Shown piece by piece: positions 9,197 to 17,889 of a stretch of DNA of 64,000 nt. The stretch spans positions 32,121 to 96,120 of the forward strand of contig OMYJ01000003.1 of the NCBI GenBank assembly GCA_900315245.1. The letters are read 5' to 3'. The notes under the pieces are model-generated. The model ran no database searches. It was not told where the DNA came from and saw only the letters and a program-made list of their open reading frames with translations. Origin of the DNA: an uncultured Bacteroidales bacterium (lineage in GTDB: Bacteria > Bacteroidota > Bacteroidia > Bacteroidales > WCHB1-69). Position 1 is the stretch's first letter, and each line of letters begins with the position of its first letter. Both the position numbers and the translations under genes were made by a program.

Positions 9197-9843
9197 AGTT
9201 TTATATCTTTGATTAATGACAAATCATTACTTGACAAGGCCTCGAAATTGGCCTCGATTTTCTCGATGTCCCAATCCCACCATCTCAGTTCCAACAGATA
9301 GGCGATAAATTCGTCGTCAAAGCGCTTTCTGATCACACGGCAGGGATTTCCCACAGCGACAGCGTAGGGAGGAATGTCCGAGGCCACCACCGAGTTGGCT
9401 CCGATAATGGCTCCGTCGCCAATATGGACACCTGGCATGATGGTGACATGCTGACCAATCCAAACGTCATTGCCCACAACGGTATCGCCTTTCAGAGGCA
9501 ATTCATCTTTCACGGGGGCAATGGCGCTGCCCCAATCGCCACCGATGACGTAAAACGGATAAGTCGTCACCCCGTTCATCCTGTGATTGGCGCCATTCAT
9601 CACAAACTCCACCCCTTTGGCGATGGCACAGAACTTGCCTATAATCAGCCGGTCGCCAATGAAGTCGTAGAAATGGGTGACGTGTTTCTCAAACTGGTCA
9701 GCACCATCCACATCATCGTAATAGGTATAGTCGCCGATGATGATACGCGGGTTCTTCACCACGTTCTTGATGAAGCAGAGGCTCGGGATGTTGGGATTCG
9801 GGAAAGCCTCGTTGGGGTTAGGTCGGTTTTTTATCATATCCAT
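9193..9843 (-). CDS. vat: Vat-family streptogramin A O-acetyltransferase (xenobiotic acyltransferase, left-handed beta-helix)
   Basis: IIGDYTYYDD..IGKFCAIAKGVEFVMNGANHRMNGVTTYPF..LPLKGDTVVGNDVWIGQHVTIMPGVHIGDGAIIGANSVV..GNPCRVIRKRFDDEFIAYLLELRWWDW. ATGA overlap with 8660..9196. Confidence 0.8.
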   Translation of the reverse strand: MDMIKNRPNPNEAFPNPNIPSLCFIKNVVKNPRIIIGDYTYYDDVDGADQFEKHVTHFYDFIGDRLIIGKFCAIAKGVEFVMNGANHRMNGVTTYPFYVIGGDWGSAIAPVKDELPLKGDTVVGNDVWIGQHVTIMPGVHIGDGAIIGANSVVASDIPPYAVAVGNPCRVIRKRFDDEFIAYLLELRWWDWDIEKIEANFEALSSNDLSLIKDIKL

Positions 9844-9858
9844 AAATCGGTATTTGTT

Positions 9859-10548
9859 TTATTGCTTCTTAAAAAAAGGACAGCGATTTCCAATACATTG
9901 ATTGTTTTGTTTAGAGTGCTCGCATACCACAATCGGTTTTTCCATTTCCACAGCGAAATGCTCTTTGACAAAATCTATGGCAGACAAAATGGACAGATAG
10001 GAATCGCGCTTACAGCAACGTGGCCCGCCGATATTGCCAATTTCACTCAATGACTTTGCCGTCATCTTGTGAGACAAAGCAAACGGTTCCTTTGTCAATG
10101 GTGTGGACTTGGAGATGATGGAGATGAACATGCCTGAACTGATTCCTGCACCGCAAGCACCCCAGAAGCCGCAAGCCCCGCCCGGCACACACTTTCCACG
10201 ATTCATTATTTCGGAGAGTGCCTGTTGAAGGTCTATCTGCCCTCCTGCATTCTTGTAGGCTGTCAACAAGGCAGCACCTACCATAACGTGATGCTCAGGG
10301 CCATGTATATGACAGAACGGCAAGGCCATCATCTGCTTGATGATATGGACAGGGTCTTTCGATGTCGCTTTGAGACAAAGGCCAACAATGGTGTCAAGTC
10401 CTGCTGTATGGCAGTCGTTGCAGACATAATGGCCTTTAACGCAACGAGTCTTGCTATTCTCTTTTTTATGGCAGATGGCACACTCCATCAGTTCATCGAC
10501 TTCCAGATATTCCAGCTGAGCCTTGCATATCAAACATTCCTCTTTCAT
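9859..10548 (-). CDS. Cysteine-rich protein (DUF5714-like)
   Basis: 229 aa with CLICKAQL..CAICH..CNDCH then HGPEHHVMVGAALLTAYKNAGG..GGACGFWGACGAG. The family assignment is from memory only. Confidence 0.45.
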   Translation of the reverse strand: MKEECLICKAQLEYLEVDELMECAICHKKENSKTRCVKGHYVCNDCHTAGLDTIVGLCLKATSKDPVHIIKQMMALPFCHIHGPEHHVMVGAALLTAYKNAGGQIDLQQALSEIMNRGKCVPGGACGFWGACGAGISSGMFISIISKSTPLTKEPFALSHKMTAKSLSEIGNIGGPRCCKRDSYLSILSAIDFVKEHFAVEMEKPIVVCEHSKQNNQCIGNRCPFFKKQ

Positions 10549-10558
10549 GAATTACGAT

Positions 10559-10711
10559 TTATTCCAAAATTATCTTCAATGCCAATAGATTCTTCTTGAA
10601 AAACTTCGCCAGCGTATCCCACGGGATGCAGTTGCCCTCGCTGCCGTCGTATAGGTCGCAGTGGGTGGCTCCGGGGCGGAGACTGGTAGAAGTTACGGTT
10701 ACTTTTTTCAT
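10559..10711 (-). pseudogene. Chimeric remnant: flavodoxin N-terminus fused to alpha/beta-hydrolase C-terminus
   Basis: MKKVTVTSTSLRPG (compare 8660..9196 MKKVIVISTSLRPG) is joined to ATHCDLYDGSEGNCIPWDTLAKFFKKNL (compare 21658..22776 GATHCDLYDGGEGNYIPWDTVAEFFSKNL). The junction is near 10667-10672 at a ccgggg microhomology. Confidence 0.65.
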
Positions 10712-10934
10712 GTTGGTTGGTATTTTATTGTTCTTCTTTTTCCCCAATCACCCATCGGCCTGTTTTGCTGGAACCCTCATAGCGCAGACCGTATTGCTCT
10801 TTCAGAATGCGAAGGTCTTTCAATGTAAGCCTTTTGCTTGGCCTCGGCTTTAGTCGAAGCGTTAAGCAAAACTTGTTCTTGCCATTTGAGTTGGCTGTAT
10901 TTATATATGTTGACGATGATTGTGTACATGGTTT

Positions 10935-12308
10935 TTAATTTATTCCCAAGAAGTCGCTCAATGGACGAATCTTTGCTCGATATGTATTGATTTTTTGTTT
11001 CAAATTTGGTTGTTTAGGCATTTCAATTTCTTTTGAGCTATCAAAATGCAGTACGACATAATATGGTGAATGTTCGGGGTGAAAGCCATACTCTTCAAGC
11101 GTTTCTTTGGTCCAGATTTGGAAATGACCTTTGGTTCTCAAACGAAACAAATGGCAATCTTCACCACCTGTATGTAAAAGCACATATTGCATACGTTCAA
11201 ATCCTGGCGATACGAGCAATGACCCTTTTGAGTCGCCTGCACGAAGATAGCAAATGCCTTTCACCATCATCAGTTGCTTAGTTTCTTTGCGAGAATGATT
11301 GACTAAAACCATATCATTTTTCAAATCTGAAGTTTGCGTGTTACTTTTCAACTCACTTACAACTGATTCATCTATTTCAATTTTAGACCCATAAGTATTT
11401 GCTTTTATATCAGTCGAAGCACTAAATTGATGAACATCAACAAATTGATATGGCAGTTCTTTTATTAGTGTCTCCGTTGGTATGACTGAATTATCAATAT
11501 GAAATTCAAATCTACAATGAGAGTTTGTTGTTGCATCAACAACTTTTTCCTTGTAAAACAATCTAAAATCAATATTTATCTCATACCCAATTGAGTTTCT
11601 ATTTTGATTCAAAGCTGCTATGGCAGTAGTGCCACTTCCCATAAAAGGATCTAAAATAGTATCTCCCACAAAAGAGAACATTTTTATCAGTCGTTTTGGC
11701 AATTCTTCAGGGAAAACAGCAATATGTCTATTTTGCTTTGCTCCGCTAAATGTCCAATGGGAAGAAAAATATTCATTCCATTCATCTAAAGACAACTTAG
11801 ATGTTTCTTTTTGCTCCTTATTTACATGTGGAGCTTTGCCTAACTTTTTGAATAACAGTATCTGTTCAAAATCAATTTTTACAATGCCACCTCGTGGATT
11901 AGGGAAACTTCCCATGACTTTCTCTCCTCCAGAAGGATGCATTGAAGTCGGCTTTTGCCATATAATGCTTCCCAAATAATCAAAACCAATTGTTTCACAA
12001 AAGCGAATAATCTCGGAATGTATGGGAATAATTTTATATCTTCCATAGTACGCAGTTCGGGCGAATTGGTCACCTATGTTGATGCAAAGTCTGCAACCAG
12101 AGTGTAATACTCTATAGCATTCTTTCCAAACAAGATTTAAATTATTGATATATTGCTCGTAAGTATCGTTAAATCCTATTTGATTCGATGAGCCATAATC
12201 TTTCAATTGCCAATAAGGCGGAGAGGTTACAATAAGATGAACCGACTCATCTTGAATCAGTGACATCTTACGGCAATCTCCATTGATTAAAATATGGCTC
12301 GTTTGCAT
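10935..12308 (-). CDS. Type II DNA methyltransferase (beta class, SPPY motif; N4-cytosine or N6-adenine) with a ~170-aa C-terminal extension
   Basis: LIVTSPPYWQLKDYG ... ILDPFMGSGTTAIAALNQNRNSIGYEINIDF. AT-rich island. Confidence 0.85.
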   Translation of the reverse strand: MQTSHILINGDCRKMSLIQDESVHLIVTSPPYWQLKDYGSSNQIGFNDTYEQYINNLNLVWKECYRVLHSGCRLCINIGDQFARTAYYGRYKIIPIHSEIIRFCETIGFDYLGSIIWQKPTSMHPSGGEKVMGSFPNPRGGIVKIDFEQILLFKKLGKAPHVNKEQKETSKLSLDEWNEYFSSHWTFSGAKQNRHIAVFPEELPKRLIKMFSFVGDTILDPFMGSGTTAIAALNQNRNSIGYEINIDFRLFYKEKVVDATTNSHCRFEFHIDNSVIPTETLIKELPYQFVDVHQFSASTDIKANTYGSKIEIDESVVSELKSNTQTSDLKNDMVLVNHSRKETKQLMMVKGICYLRAGDSKGSLLVSPGFERMQYVLLHTGGEDCHLFRLRTKGHFQIWTKETLEEYGFHPEHSPYYVVLHFDSSKEIEMPKQPNLKQKINTYRAKIRPLSDFLGIN

Positions 12309-12317
12309 TGTATTCTA

Positions 12318-12953
12318 TCAAAGTTGTTTTAACCTTTCGATTTCGTTCACAATTTCGGGAATGACCTCTTTGTTTACAATTTCCTTTTTGCCATTAATCT
12401 TTTGAGAAAATAAGTAGAAAACTTTGCCGCCAAAGACTTCTGTAAATTTCTTATGTGTTTCTTGCTGCAAACCATATTCTTTGAAAATCTCTGGCAATTG
12501 TAATCCTTGATTGACGGGTTTTATTTGTAAGCCCAAGTATTTATCATTGATTTTAATAAAGAAATCAACATTAAATAGTCTATCCCACTCGTCTGGAGCT
12601 GGCTCTATAGTAATCTTTAGAATTGCTTGAAGTTGACCATAAATTGTCTGTATTTCCGTGGTGTAACCATCATAAGTTCGTTCAATAACTAACTGCTTCA
12701 TGTAGTCGATACAATCTTGTTCTGTAACATCCGCAACTTCAGCCTGAATCACTTCGGTAATTTTTACATATAGCTTTTTACCCAATTCTTCTATATGCTG
12801 TTCGGACTTGATATTTGTATAGTAATACTCTCTCCATTCCTCTAATGTCTTAGGTGAACATTTCCGAATTGCTTCAGATGTAGCTCCAACATTTCTTTTA
12901 AAGTTGAGCTGGAATCTATTCATTGCACTGTTTAAAATCCATTCTTTTGCCAT
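12318..12953 (-). CDS. Putative small type II restriction endonuclease
   Basis: 211-aa ORF between two methyltransferases. Candidate core LFNVDFFIKINDKYLGLQIKP (D ... Q-x-K variant of PD-(D/E)XK). Confidence 0.45.
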   Translation of the reverse strand: MAKEWILNSAMNRFQLNFKRNVGATSEAIRKCSPKTLEEWREYYYTNIKSEQHIEELGKKLYVKITEVIQAEVADVTEQDCIDYMKQLVIERTYDGYTTEIQTIYGQLQAILKITIEPAPDEWDRLFNVDFFIKINDKYLGLQIKPVNQGLQLPEIFKEYGLQQETHKKFTEVFGGKVFYLFSQKINGKKEIVNKEVIPEIVNEIERLKQL

Positions 12954-12977
12954 TGTATTATTTTTTTATTGTTCTAC

Positions 12978-14069
12978 TTAAATATTTGCTAATAATCCTA
13001 CTGTTATTGGTTTCTCTAACATATTTGAGTGTTCTTCGTATGTGATTGAGTATTCGCCAGATTTAGAGTCTAACGAAATACCATCAAGGTAATTAAACTC
13101 TATTTCTTCTTCTTGTTTTGTCATTACAGCTATATTCATAACCGAATTATAGTGTTTCACTTCTTTTCCTTGTGCTATTCGATGTTTAACAAAATCTGCG
13201 TGAGCATCAAAACGTTGCTTTATAAAATTGTTGCAAGAATCAATACTTATCGCATTGATATTATCCCTAATAATTGATTCAAAATTTGCATCAATCTCGT
13301 AACCATAACTATTTCTACCCAGCAAAATTGCAGCTTGCATTGTTGTTCCTGTACCAAGGAAAGGATCCAATACGGTATCACCTTTTTGAGAAAACATATT
13401 GATTAAACGATAAGGTATCTCAAAGGGGAAAGCAGCACTTCGTTCTCTCGATGAATTGCCTTGTAATTTTTGTTTTGTCCCTTTCACATCCCAAACATCA
13501 GAGAACCAAATATTTCTTTCTTCCCAAAAGAATGAACTTTTCATACGGTCTAATTTTGCGTCGCTTGTTTTAAATTTTCGCTTTTCACCTTTCCTGAATA
13601 TTAAAATCCATTCGTGTTCCAAGGTAACATACGCTCCACAAGGTAACATTCCACTTCCCATAAACTTATTTGGTGCATTAGTTTGTTTTCGCCAAATGAT
13701 GTTCGGTAGTCCAATAAAACCTATTTCCATGCATGTTTTTGATACTCTGCTATGGTTATTGTAAAGCTTAAAATTTCCATTTATGGTTCTTGTTGCATCT
13801 CCTATATTTATGCACAAAAAACCACCTGGTCTAATAACACGAAAACATTCTTGCCAAACTTTATCTAATTCCGCATGCATCAATTCGAATGCGGTGTCAG
13901 GTTCAGTTTGTAGTGACTCAACAATTTTTGGGTTTTGTTTTCCCATTATCTTATCCCACATTTCAATCATTGGATATGGTGGAGATGTAACAACAAGATC
14001 AACTGAGTTATCTTGTGTTTGTTGCATCTTTTGTGATGCTCCTATATATACATTGTGAGTTGTGCACAT
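12978..14069 (-). CDS. Type II DNA methyltransferase (beta class, SPPY motif)
   Basis: LVVTSPPYPMIEMWD ... VLDPFLGTGTTMQAAILLGRNSYGYEIDANF. Confidence 0.85.
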   Translation of the reverse strand: MCTTHNVYIGASQKMQQTQDNSVDLVVTSPPYPMIEMWDKIMGKQNPKIVESLQTEPDTAFELMHAELDKVWQECFRVIRPGGFLCINIGDATRTINGNFKLYNNHSRVSKTCMEIGFIGLPNIIWRKQTNAPNKFMGSGMLPCGAYVTLEHEWILIFRKGEKRKFKTSDAKLDRMKSSFFWEERNIWFSDVWDVKGTKQKLQGNSSRERSAAFPFEIPYRLINMFSQKGDTVLDPFLGTGTTMQAAILLGRNSYGYEIDANFESIIRDNINAISIDSCNNFIKQRFDAHADFVKHRIAQGKEVKHYNSVMNIAVMTKQEEEIEFNYLDGISLDSKSGEYSITYEEHSNMLEKPITVGLLANI

Positions 14070-14071
14070 AA

Positions 14072-14347
14072 CTATCTCATTTTAACAATTTCCATTGCAT
14101 CATTAGCAATGTCTTTTTCTGGTTCAGTTATTTCCTTTATTAGGTCAGCGAGCCATAGCGTCAATAATTCTTTTTCGTCAGTATGTAATATGCTGGCGAG
14201 TTCAATTACTTGTTCACGCTTGGGTGAATAGTTGCCGTTTTCAATTTTGCAATAAGTTGCAGTGTCGATGTCGAGAGCTGCGGCAACTTTGCGTTGTGGC
14301 AAATTGCATTGCTTCCGTTGCTCTTTGAGTTTCTCTGATAACATCAT
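14072..14347 (-). CDS. XRE-family HTH protein, probably the R-M controller (C) protein
   Basis: LSEKLKEQRKQCNLPQRKVAAALDIDTATYCKIENGNYSPKREQVIELASIL. It is the first gene of the R-M operon. Confidence 0.7.
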   Translation of the reverse strand: MMLSEKLKEQRKQCNLPQRKVAAALDIDTATYCKIENGNYSPKREQVIELASILHTDEKELLTLWLADLIKEITEPEKDIANDAMEIVKMR

Positions 14348-14547
14348 TGCTTATAACTGTCTTGATAAATTTAATCTTGAAATATTTATGCAAAAATACA
14401 AAATCTTTCTGAGATGACGGTTGTATTTATTGTTAAGTTTTCAACATTGTATTAAGGATAATAACAAAAGCCCTTTATGTCAGGGGCTTTCAACAACGAA
14501 GTTCTTTGTGTATATCTGTGATAGTTCTATCAGGATGATCCTGCTAT

Positions 14548-14600
14548 CTAAGATTCTCCTTGAAAAACTCCGCCAGCGCATTCCAAGAAATGTAGTTGCC
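14548..14600 (-). pseudogene. 3'-terminal remnant of an alpha/beta-hydrolase gene (paralogue of 21658..22776)
   Basis: The minus strand reads ..GNYISWNALAEFFKENLR* versus GNYIPWDTVAEFFSKNL* in the intact gene. It starts directly after the stop of the MBL-rubredoxin gene. Confidence 0.55.
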
Positions 14601-15542
14601 CTATGCCCTGTTGAACTTCTCCTTCCCCTGCCTGCATCTCGGGCATTTCCAATCGTCGGGCAGGTCCTCGAAGGCCACGCCGTCGTGCTCGGCGGGGTCA
14701 TAGACGTAGCCGCAGATGGAGCAGACGTATTTGCCGGAGGTTTGCTGCTGGGAGAAATCCACATCGGCCAGGACGGTCGGCACGGGGTGGTCGAGGTCCA
14801 TCACACGCTTGGCCTCCAAGTTCTCGTAGCCCTGCGGGGTGTGGGTGCCGCAATAGACGGTGGGATGGTTGCGCACGAACTCGCGGATGCGGTCCTGCGT
14901 CTCGCGGGCGGCGGGCAGGTCGTCATACACCACCGAGAGCTTGTCCTCGTAGAGGGCTTCATCGACGTAGGTGATGTCGCCATGAAGCATATAGAACAAG
15001 CCGTCGTTTTCCACCACGATGATGCTGTTGCCCTTGGTATGGCCCTTGGCCTTGATGAGGTAGATGCCGTCGTGGATTTTCTGACTGTCGGGGAAGTTGT
15101 AATAGGGGCCGTCGGTGAAGCTGACGGGGACGAGATTCCCAAGCCCCTGGAGCTCGGCAGCGTCCATCTCGTCGGCATTGACATAGACCTTGGCGTTGGG
15201 GAAGCTTTTCAGTTCGCCGCTGTGGTCGGCGTGTTTGTGGGTGAGCAGGATCTTGGTCACCTGCTCGGGCTTGTAGCCGAGGGCCGCGAAGGCCTCCATG
15301 TAGCTTCAGATGTCCTTGCCGGTGAAGGCCAACGAGTTCTCATCGGGTGCTTCCTCGGGCGTGCCAGCGGGGAGTCCTGTATCCACTATAATCACCTCGC
15401 TGCCGGTGTCGATGAGGTAGTTTTGCAAGCTGCCACGATAGCGGATGTTGCGGTCGAATTTGTCAGGGCCTTCTTCGCCGCCCATGACGAAAGGCTGGGT
15501 GTAGAAACCCTCTTTTCTGAATTTTACTGCTTTGATTTCCAT
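14601..15542 (-). pseudogene. MBL-fold metallo-hydrolase with C-terminal rubredoxin domain, interrupted by one in-frame TGA
   Basis: ORFs 15306..15542 (..NYLIDTGSEVIIVDTG..) and 14601..15299 ([11 protein letters not shown] ... [20 protein letters not shown]) are in the same frame. Only TGA (15308-15306) plus two codons separates them: GKDI*SYMEAF. Confidence 0.7.
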
Positions 15543-15712
15543 TTGCTTGTATTTTTGATTAATTACCGTTTTTGTTGTTCTGTCAGCATTTCTCCCTCTG
15601 CCACCACTGCCGCGGTGCCGCCGAAAGGCTGGTCGAAGAAAGCGTCAAGGATATAGTATTGCATATCTTGAACATGTTTTATTGTCGTTTTGTTCGTTTG
15701 CGTAATTGAAAA

Positions 15713-16285
15713 TCAGTAGTCCAACAGCCGACCGTAATCGTTCCATTCGCCGAACATCTTTCCCTTTTTCGTCTCTTCGACGAGGTGGGCGAGGGCTTGC
15801 TGGTACATCTGAGCGTCCCTCTTCTTGTAGAAGGCCACGTTGTAGGCGCGGATGCGCTGATACAGGGACGGAAAGGACTTGAACTTTGTCCACGCTCGCG
15901 CCGCCTTCAATGCCGCTTCCACGTCCTCGTCGATGCGGAAGCTGCGCGCGCCCATCGGGGGCAGCACCCGCCGTCCGGCATCGGTCATCCGTCCCAACTT
16001 CTCCAACCGCCGCGCACGTTCCTTGTTCAGCTCCGACCAGGGACTGTTGCGCTTTCGTGGCGTGAAACACTGCATCAGCACCCCGTTGATGGGTTTCTGG
16101 CGGCTGTCGATCCAACCGAAGCAGAGGGCCTCCTCCACCGCGTCGAGATACCAGAAGGTATCATCCTCAGTGGGGCGACCGCGCTTCACACACACCCAGC
16201 ACGCTTTTTCTGTCGTGTGGTGGGTTTCAAGCCATTGGCGAAACTCGTTGCGGGTACGTATGTCAAGGATGTTTTGTTCTTCCAT
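15713..16285 (-). CDS. YdeI/OmpD-associated family protein
   Basis: FRQWLETHHTTEKACWVCVKRG...YLDAVEEALCFGWIDSRQKP...FTPRKRNSPWSELNKERARRLEKLGRM. Confidence 0.75.
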   Translation of the reverse strand: MEEQNILDIRTRNEFRQWLETHHTTEKACWVCVKRGRPTEDDTFWYLDAVEEALCFGWIDSRQKPINGVLMQCFTPRKRNSPWSELNKERARRLEKLGRMTDAGRRVLPPMGARSFRIDEDVEAALKAARAWTKFKSFPSLYQRIRAYNVAFYKKRDAQMYQQALAHLVEETKKGKMFGEWNDYGRLLDY

Positions 16286-16294
16286 AAGTGAGGG

Positions 16295-16581
16295 TTGGTT
16301 ACTTCGTGTTGGTTACTTCGTGTTGATTACTTTGTGTTGATTACTTCGTGTTGGTTACTTCGTGTTGGTTACTTCGTGTTGATTACTTCGTGTTGGTTAC
16401 TTCGTGTTGGTTACTTCGTGTTGGTTACTTCGTGTTGGTTACTTCGTGTTGGTTACTTCGTGTTGATTACTTCGTGTTGATTACTTCGTGTTTGTGACTT
16501 CGTGTTGATTACTTCGTGTTAGTTATTTCATGTTAGTTATTTCATGTTAGTTATTTCATGTTGATGAGTGAATGTTAACAC
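16295..16581. repeat. Left half of a dyad tandem-repeat array (about 19 units of 14 nt, ending in the GTTAAC centre)
   Basis: (G/A)(G/A)TTACTTCGTGTT units grade into AGTTATTTCATGTT, then gatgagtgaatGTTAACac. It starts 10 nt from the ydeI-like ATG. Confidence 0.95.
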
Positions 16582-16611
16582 CTTATTCATATCGCTTGTT
16601 TTTTGAGTTTG

Positions 16612-16619
16612 CAAAGATA
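16612..16619 (-). promoter_or_regulatory. -7 box (CAAAGATA on the + strand) at the left end of the insertion, reading into the array and the ydeI-like gene
   Basis: gtttgcaaagatag. Transcription from here would cross 16581-16295 before the ATG at 16285. Confidence 0.4.
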
Positions 16620-16788
16620 GTAAAATATCACTCTGCAAAATGCAATCTTTAGTATTTTACCGCCGCAGCGACTTTGCCTTTGAGGAGTTTGCGCAGCTCG
16701 TACTCCAGTTTGGCGGCGGCGAAATCCGAGCGGAAAGCGTGCCTGGTCGCCCTAAAGTAAAAAGAATTAGACTTTAAGACACCATTAG

Positions 16789-16821
16789 TTTAACGTACTC
16801 GAAATATCAGGTCATAAAAAC
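16789..16821 (+). repeat. 33-nt direct repeat tttaacgtactcgaaatatcaggtcataaaaac (copy 1)
   Basis: Identical to 18234-18266. The two copies bracket the small-ORF block. Confidence 0.9.
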
Positions 16822-17033
16822 TGGATGTCGTGTTCCTGGATCCCGCGTATCCTGTTGGCCTTCATGTCCATCTTCAGCCCGCAGGTCTGCGCCCGCTGGA
16901 CGAATCTCACCTCCCCGTTCTTTGTGTAGAAGGATATGGAGAAATAGACCGGCTTCCCGCCAGCCTCTTTGATTTCCATTTCTTTCAGCGCCATCGCGCG
17001 TTTGATTTTCTTCATCTGTGGAATTTTCGGCAA
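16812..17033 (-). CDS. Hypothetical 73-aa protein
   Basis: ORF MPKIPQMKKIKRAMALKEMEIKEAGGKPVYFSISFYTKNGEVRFVQRAQTCGL... I recognise no family, and its stop lies inside the 33-nt repeat. Confidence 0.3.
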   Translation of the reverse strand: MPKIPQMKKIKRAMALKEMEIKEAGGKPVYFSISFYTKNGEVRFVQRAQTCGLKMDMKANRIRGIQEHDIQFL

Positions 17034-17075
17034 AAGTACTTCTGTTCATCCGTTCGGGTTGGGAACAAAAAAAAA

Positions 17076-17096
17076 GGCATCGCCTGTGGCGATGCC
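17076..17096 (-). terminator. Rho-independent terminator after paralogue A
   Basis: Stem GGCATCGCC/GGCGATGCC with a 3-nt loop. On the minus strand it is followed by a 9-nt U tract (a-run 17067-17075). Confidence 0.7.
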
Positions 17097-17118
17097 CTCT
17101 GCTTCAATTCTGTTTTTT

Positions 17119-17502
17119 TCATCCTCCCATGCCTCCGATAATCGGTGCCATCCACGTCATCGGGTTAGGTGCATGTTTTTTCTTTATTTCTTGTATAGCC
17201 TTGTCCCTGCCGTCGAGGAATGCTGTCGTAAAATCCGATTCTGACATTCCATTCAGGACATAAATGCAATCCTCCGTTTCTATTCCTTTTCCGAGAACGT
17301 TTCCGAAGTCGTCCGTCACTTCATTCAGCTCGTTGAAAAAATCCACCGAGCAGTATGTTTCCCACCACGCCATGCTCAAGCATCTTTGATTCATGAATGT
17401 CTTGACTATATCGTATATCGCGCTCTCAAGTTTTATCCTTTGGTCTATGTCCATCGGACCGTCTATGATTTGCTTTTCCATGACACGAGGTTTTTCATCC
17501 AT
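17119..17502 (-). CDS. Small acidic hypothetical protein, paralogue A (likely start at MEKQIIDG)
   Basis: Nearly identical to B over MEKQIIDGPMDIDQRIKLESAIYDIVKT..CLSMAWWETYCSVDFF..GNVLGKGIETEDCIY. It shares the C-terminus NPMTWMAPIIGGMGG with C. Confidence 0.55.
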   Translation of the reverse strand: MDEKPRVMEKQIIDGPMDIDQRIKLESAIYDIVKTFMNQRCLSMAWWETYCSVDFFNELNEVTDDFGNVLGKGIETEDCIYVLNGMSESDFTTAFLDGRDKAIQEIKKKHAPNPMTWMAPIIGGMGG

Positions 17503-17843
17503 GCCAGTGGACTGATTTCATCTTCATTTATCTCCTGTATTGCTTTTTCTTTTCCGTAGTGGAAAGCTGTCGTAAAATCGAATTCTGACTCCCTGTTCAG
17601 GATATATATGCAATCCTCCGTTTCTATTCCTTTTCCGAGAACGTTTCCGGAATCGTCCGACACTTCATTCAGCTCGTCGAAAAAATCCACCGAGCAGTAT
17701 GTTTCCCACCACGCCATGCTCAAGCATCTTTGATCCATGGATGTCTTGACTATATCGTATATCGCGCTCTCAAGTTTTATCCTTTGGTCTATGTCCATCG
17801 GACCGTCTATGATTTGCTTTTCCATGACACGAGGTTTTTTCAT
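17463..17843 (-). CDS. Small acidic hypothetical protein, paralogue B
   Basis: Tandem duplicate of A. Its 3' end overlaps the start of A in another frame. Confidence 0.5.
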   Translation of the reverse strand: MKKPRVMEKQIIDGPMDIDQRIKLESAIYDIVKTSMDQRCLSMAWWETYCSVDFFDELNEVSDDSGNVLGKGIETEDCIYILNRESEFDFTTAFHYGKEKAIQEINEDEISPLAWMKNLVSWKSKS

Positions 17844-17848
17844 AAAAA

Positions 17849-17865
17849 CATCGCCTGTGGCGATG
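17849..17865 (-). terminator. Hairpin/terminator after paralogue C (same module as 17076-17096)
   Basis: catcgcc tgt ggcgatg, followed on the minus strand by uuuuuau. The flanking ~70 nt is repeated at 17097-17160 and 17866-17930. Confidence 0.55.
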
Positions 17866-17889
17866 CCCTTTGCTTCAATTCTGTTTTTT

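Noticed and set aside
15306-15308. Selenocysteine recoding of the in-frame TGA in the MBL-rubredoxin gene
   Set aside because: I saw no SECIS-like hairpin immediately downstream. The position is not a redox-active Cys site of MBL or rubredoxin folds, so a nonsense mutation or sequencing error is more parsimonious.
15645-16340. Overlapping ORFs 15645..16115(-), 15785..16291(+), 15879..16340(+)
   Set aside because: They are alternative frames of the YdeI-like gene region. Only 15713..16285(-) gives a recognisable protein.
16295-16480. 61-aa ORF MVTSCWLLRVDYFVLITSCWLLRVGYF...
   Set aside because: It is a pure translation of the 14-nt tandem repeat (42-nt, 14-aa periodicity). It has no start context or promoter, and equivalent 'peptides' appear wherever the array occurs (for example 31099-31176). 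It is not a gene.
16582-16600. Terminal inverted repeats of the 2.2-kb insertion (cttattcatatcg versus the reverse complement of 18779-18792, actattcatacacg)
   Set aside because: The match is only about 10 of 13 positions and is offset by 19 nt from the right junction, so it could easily arise by chance.
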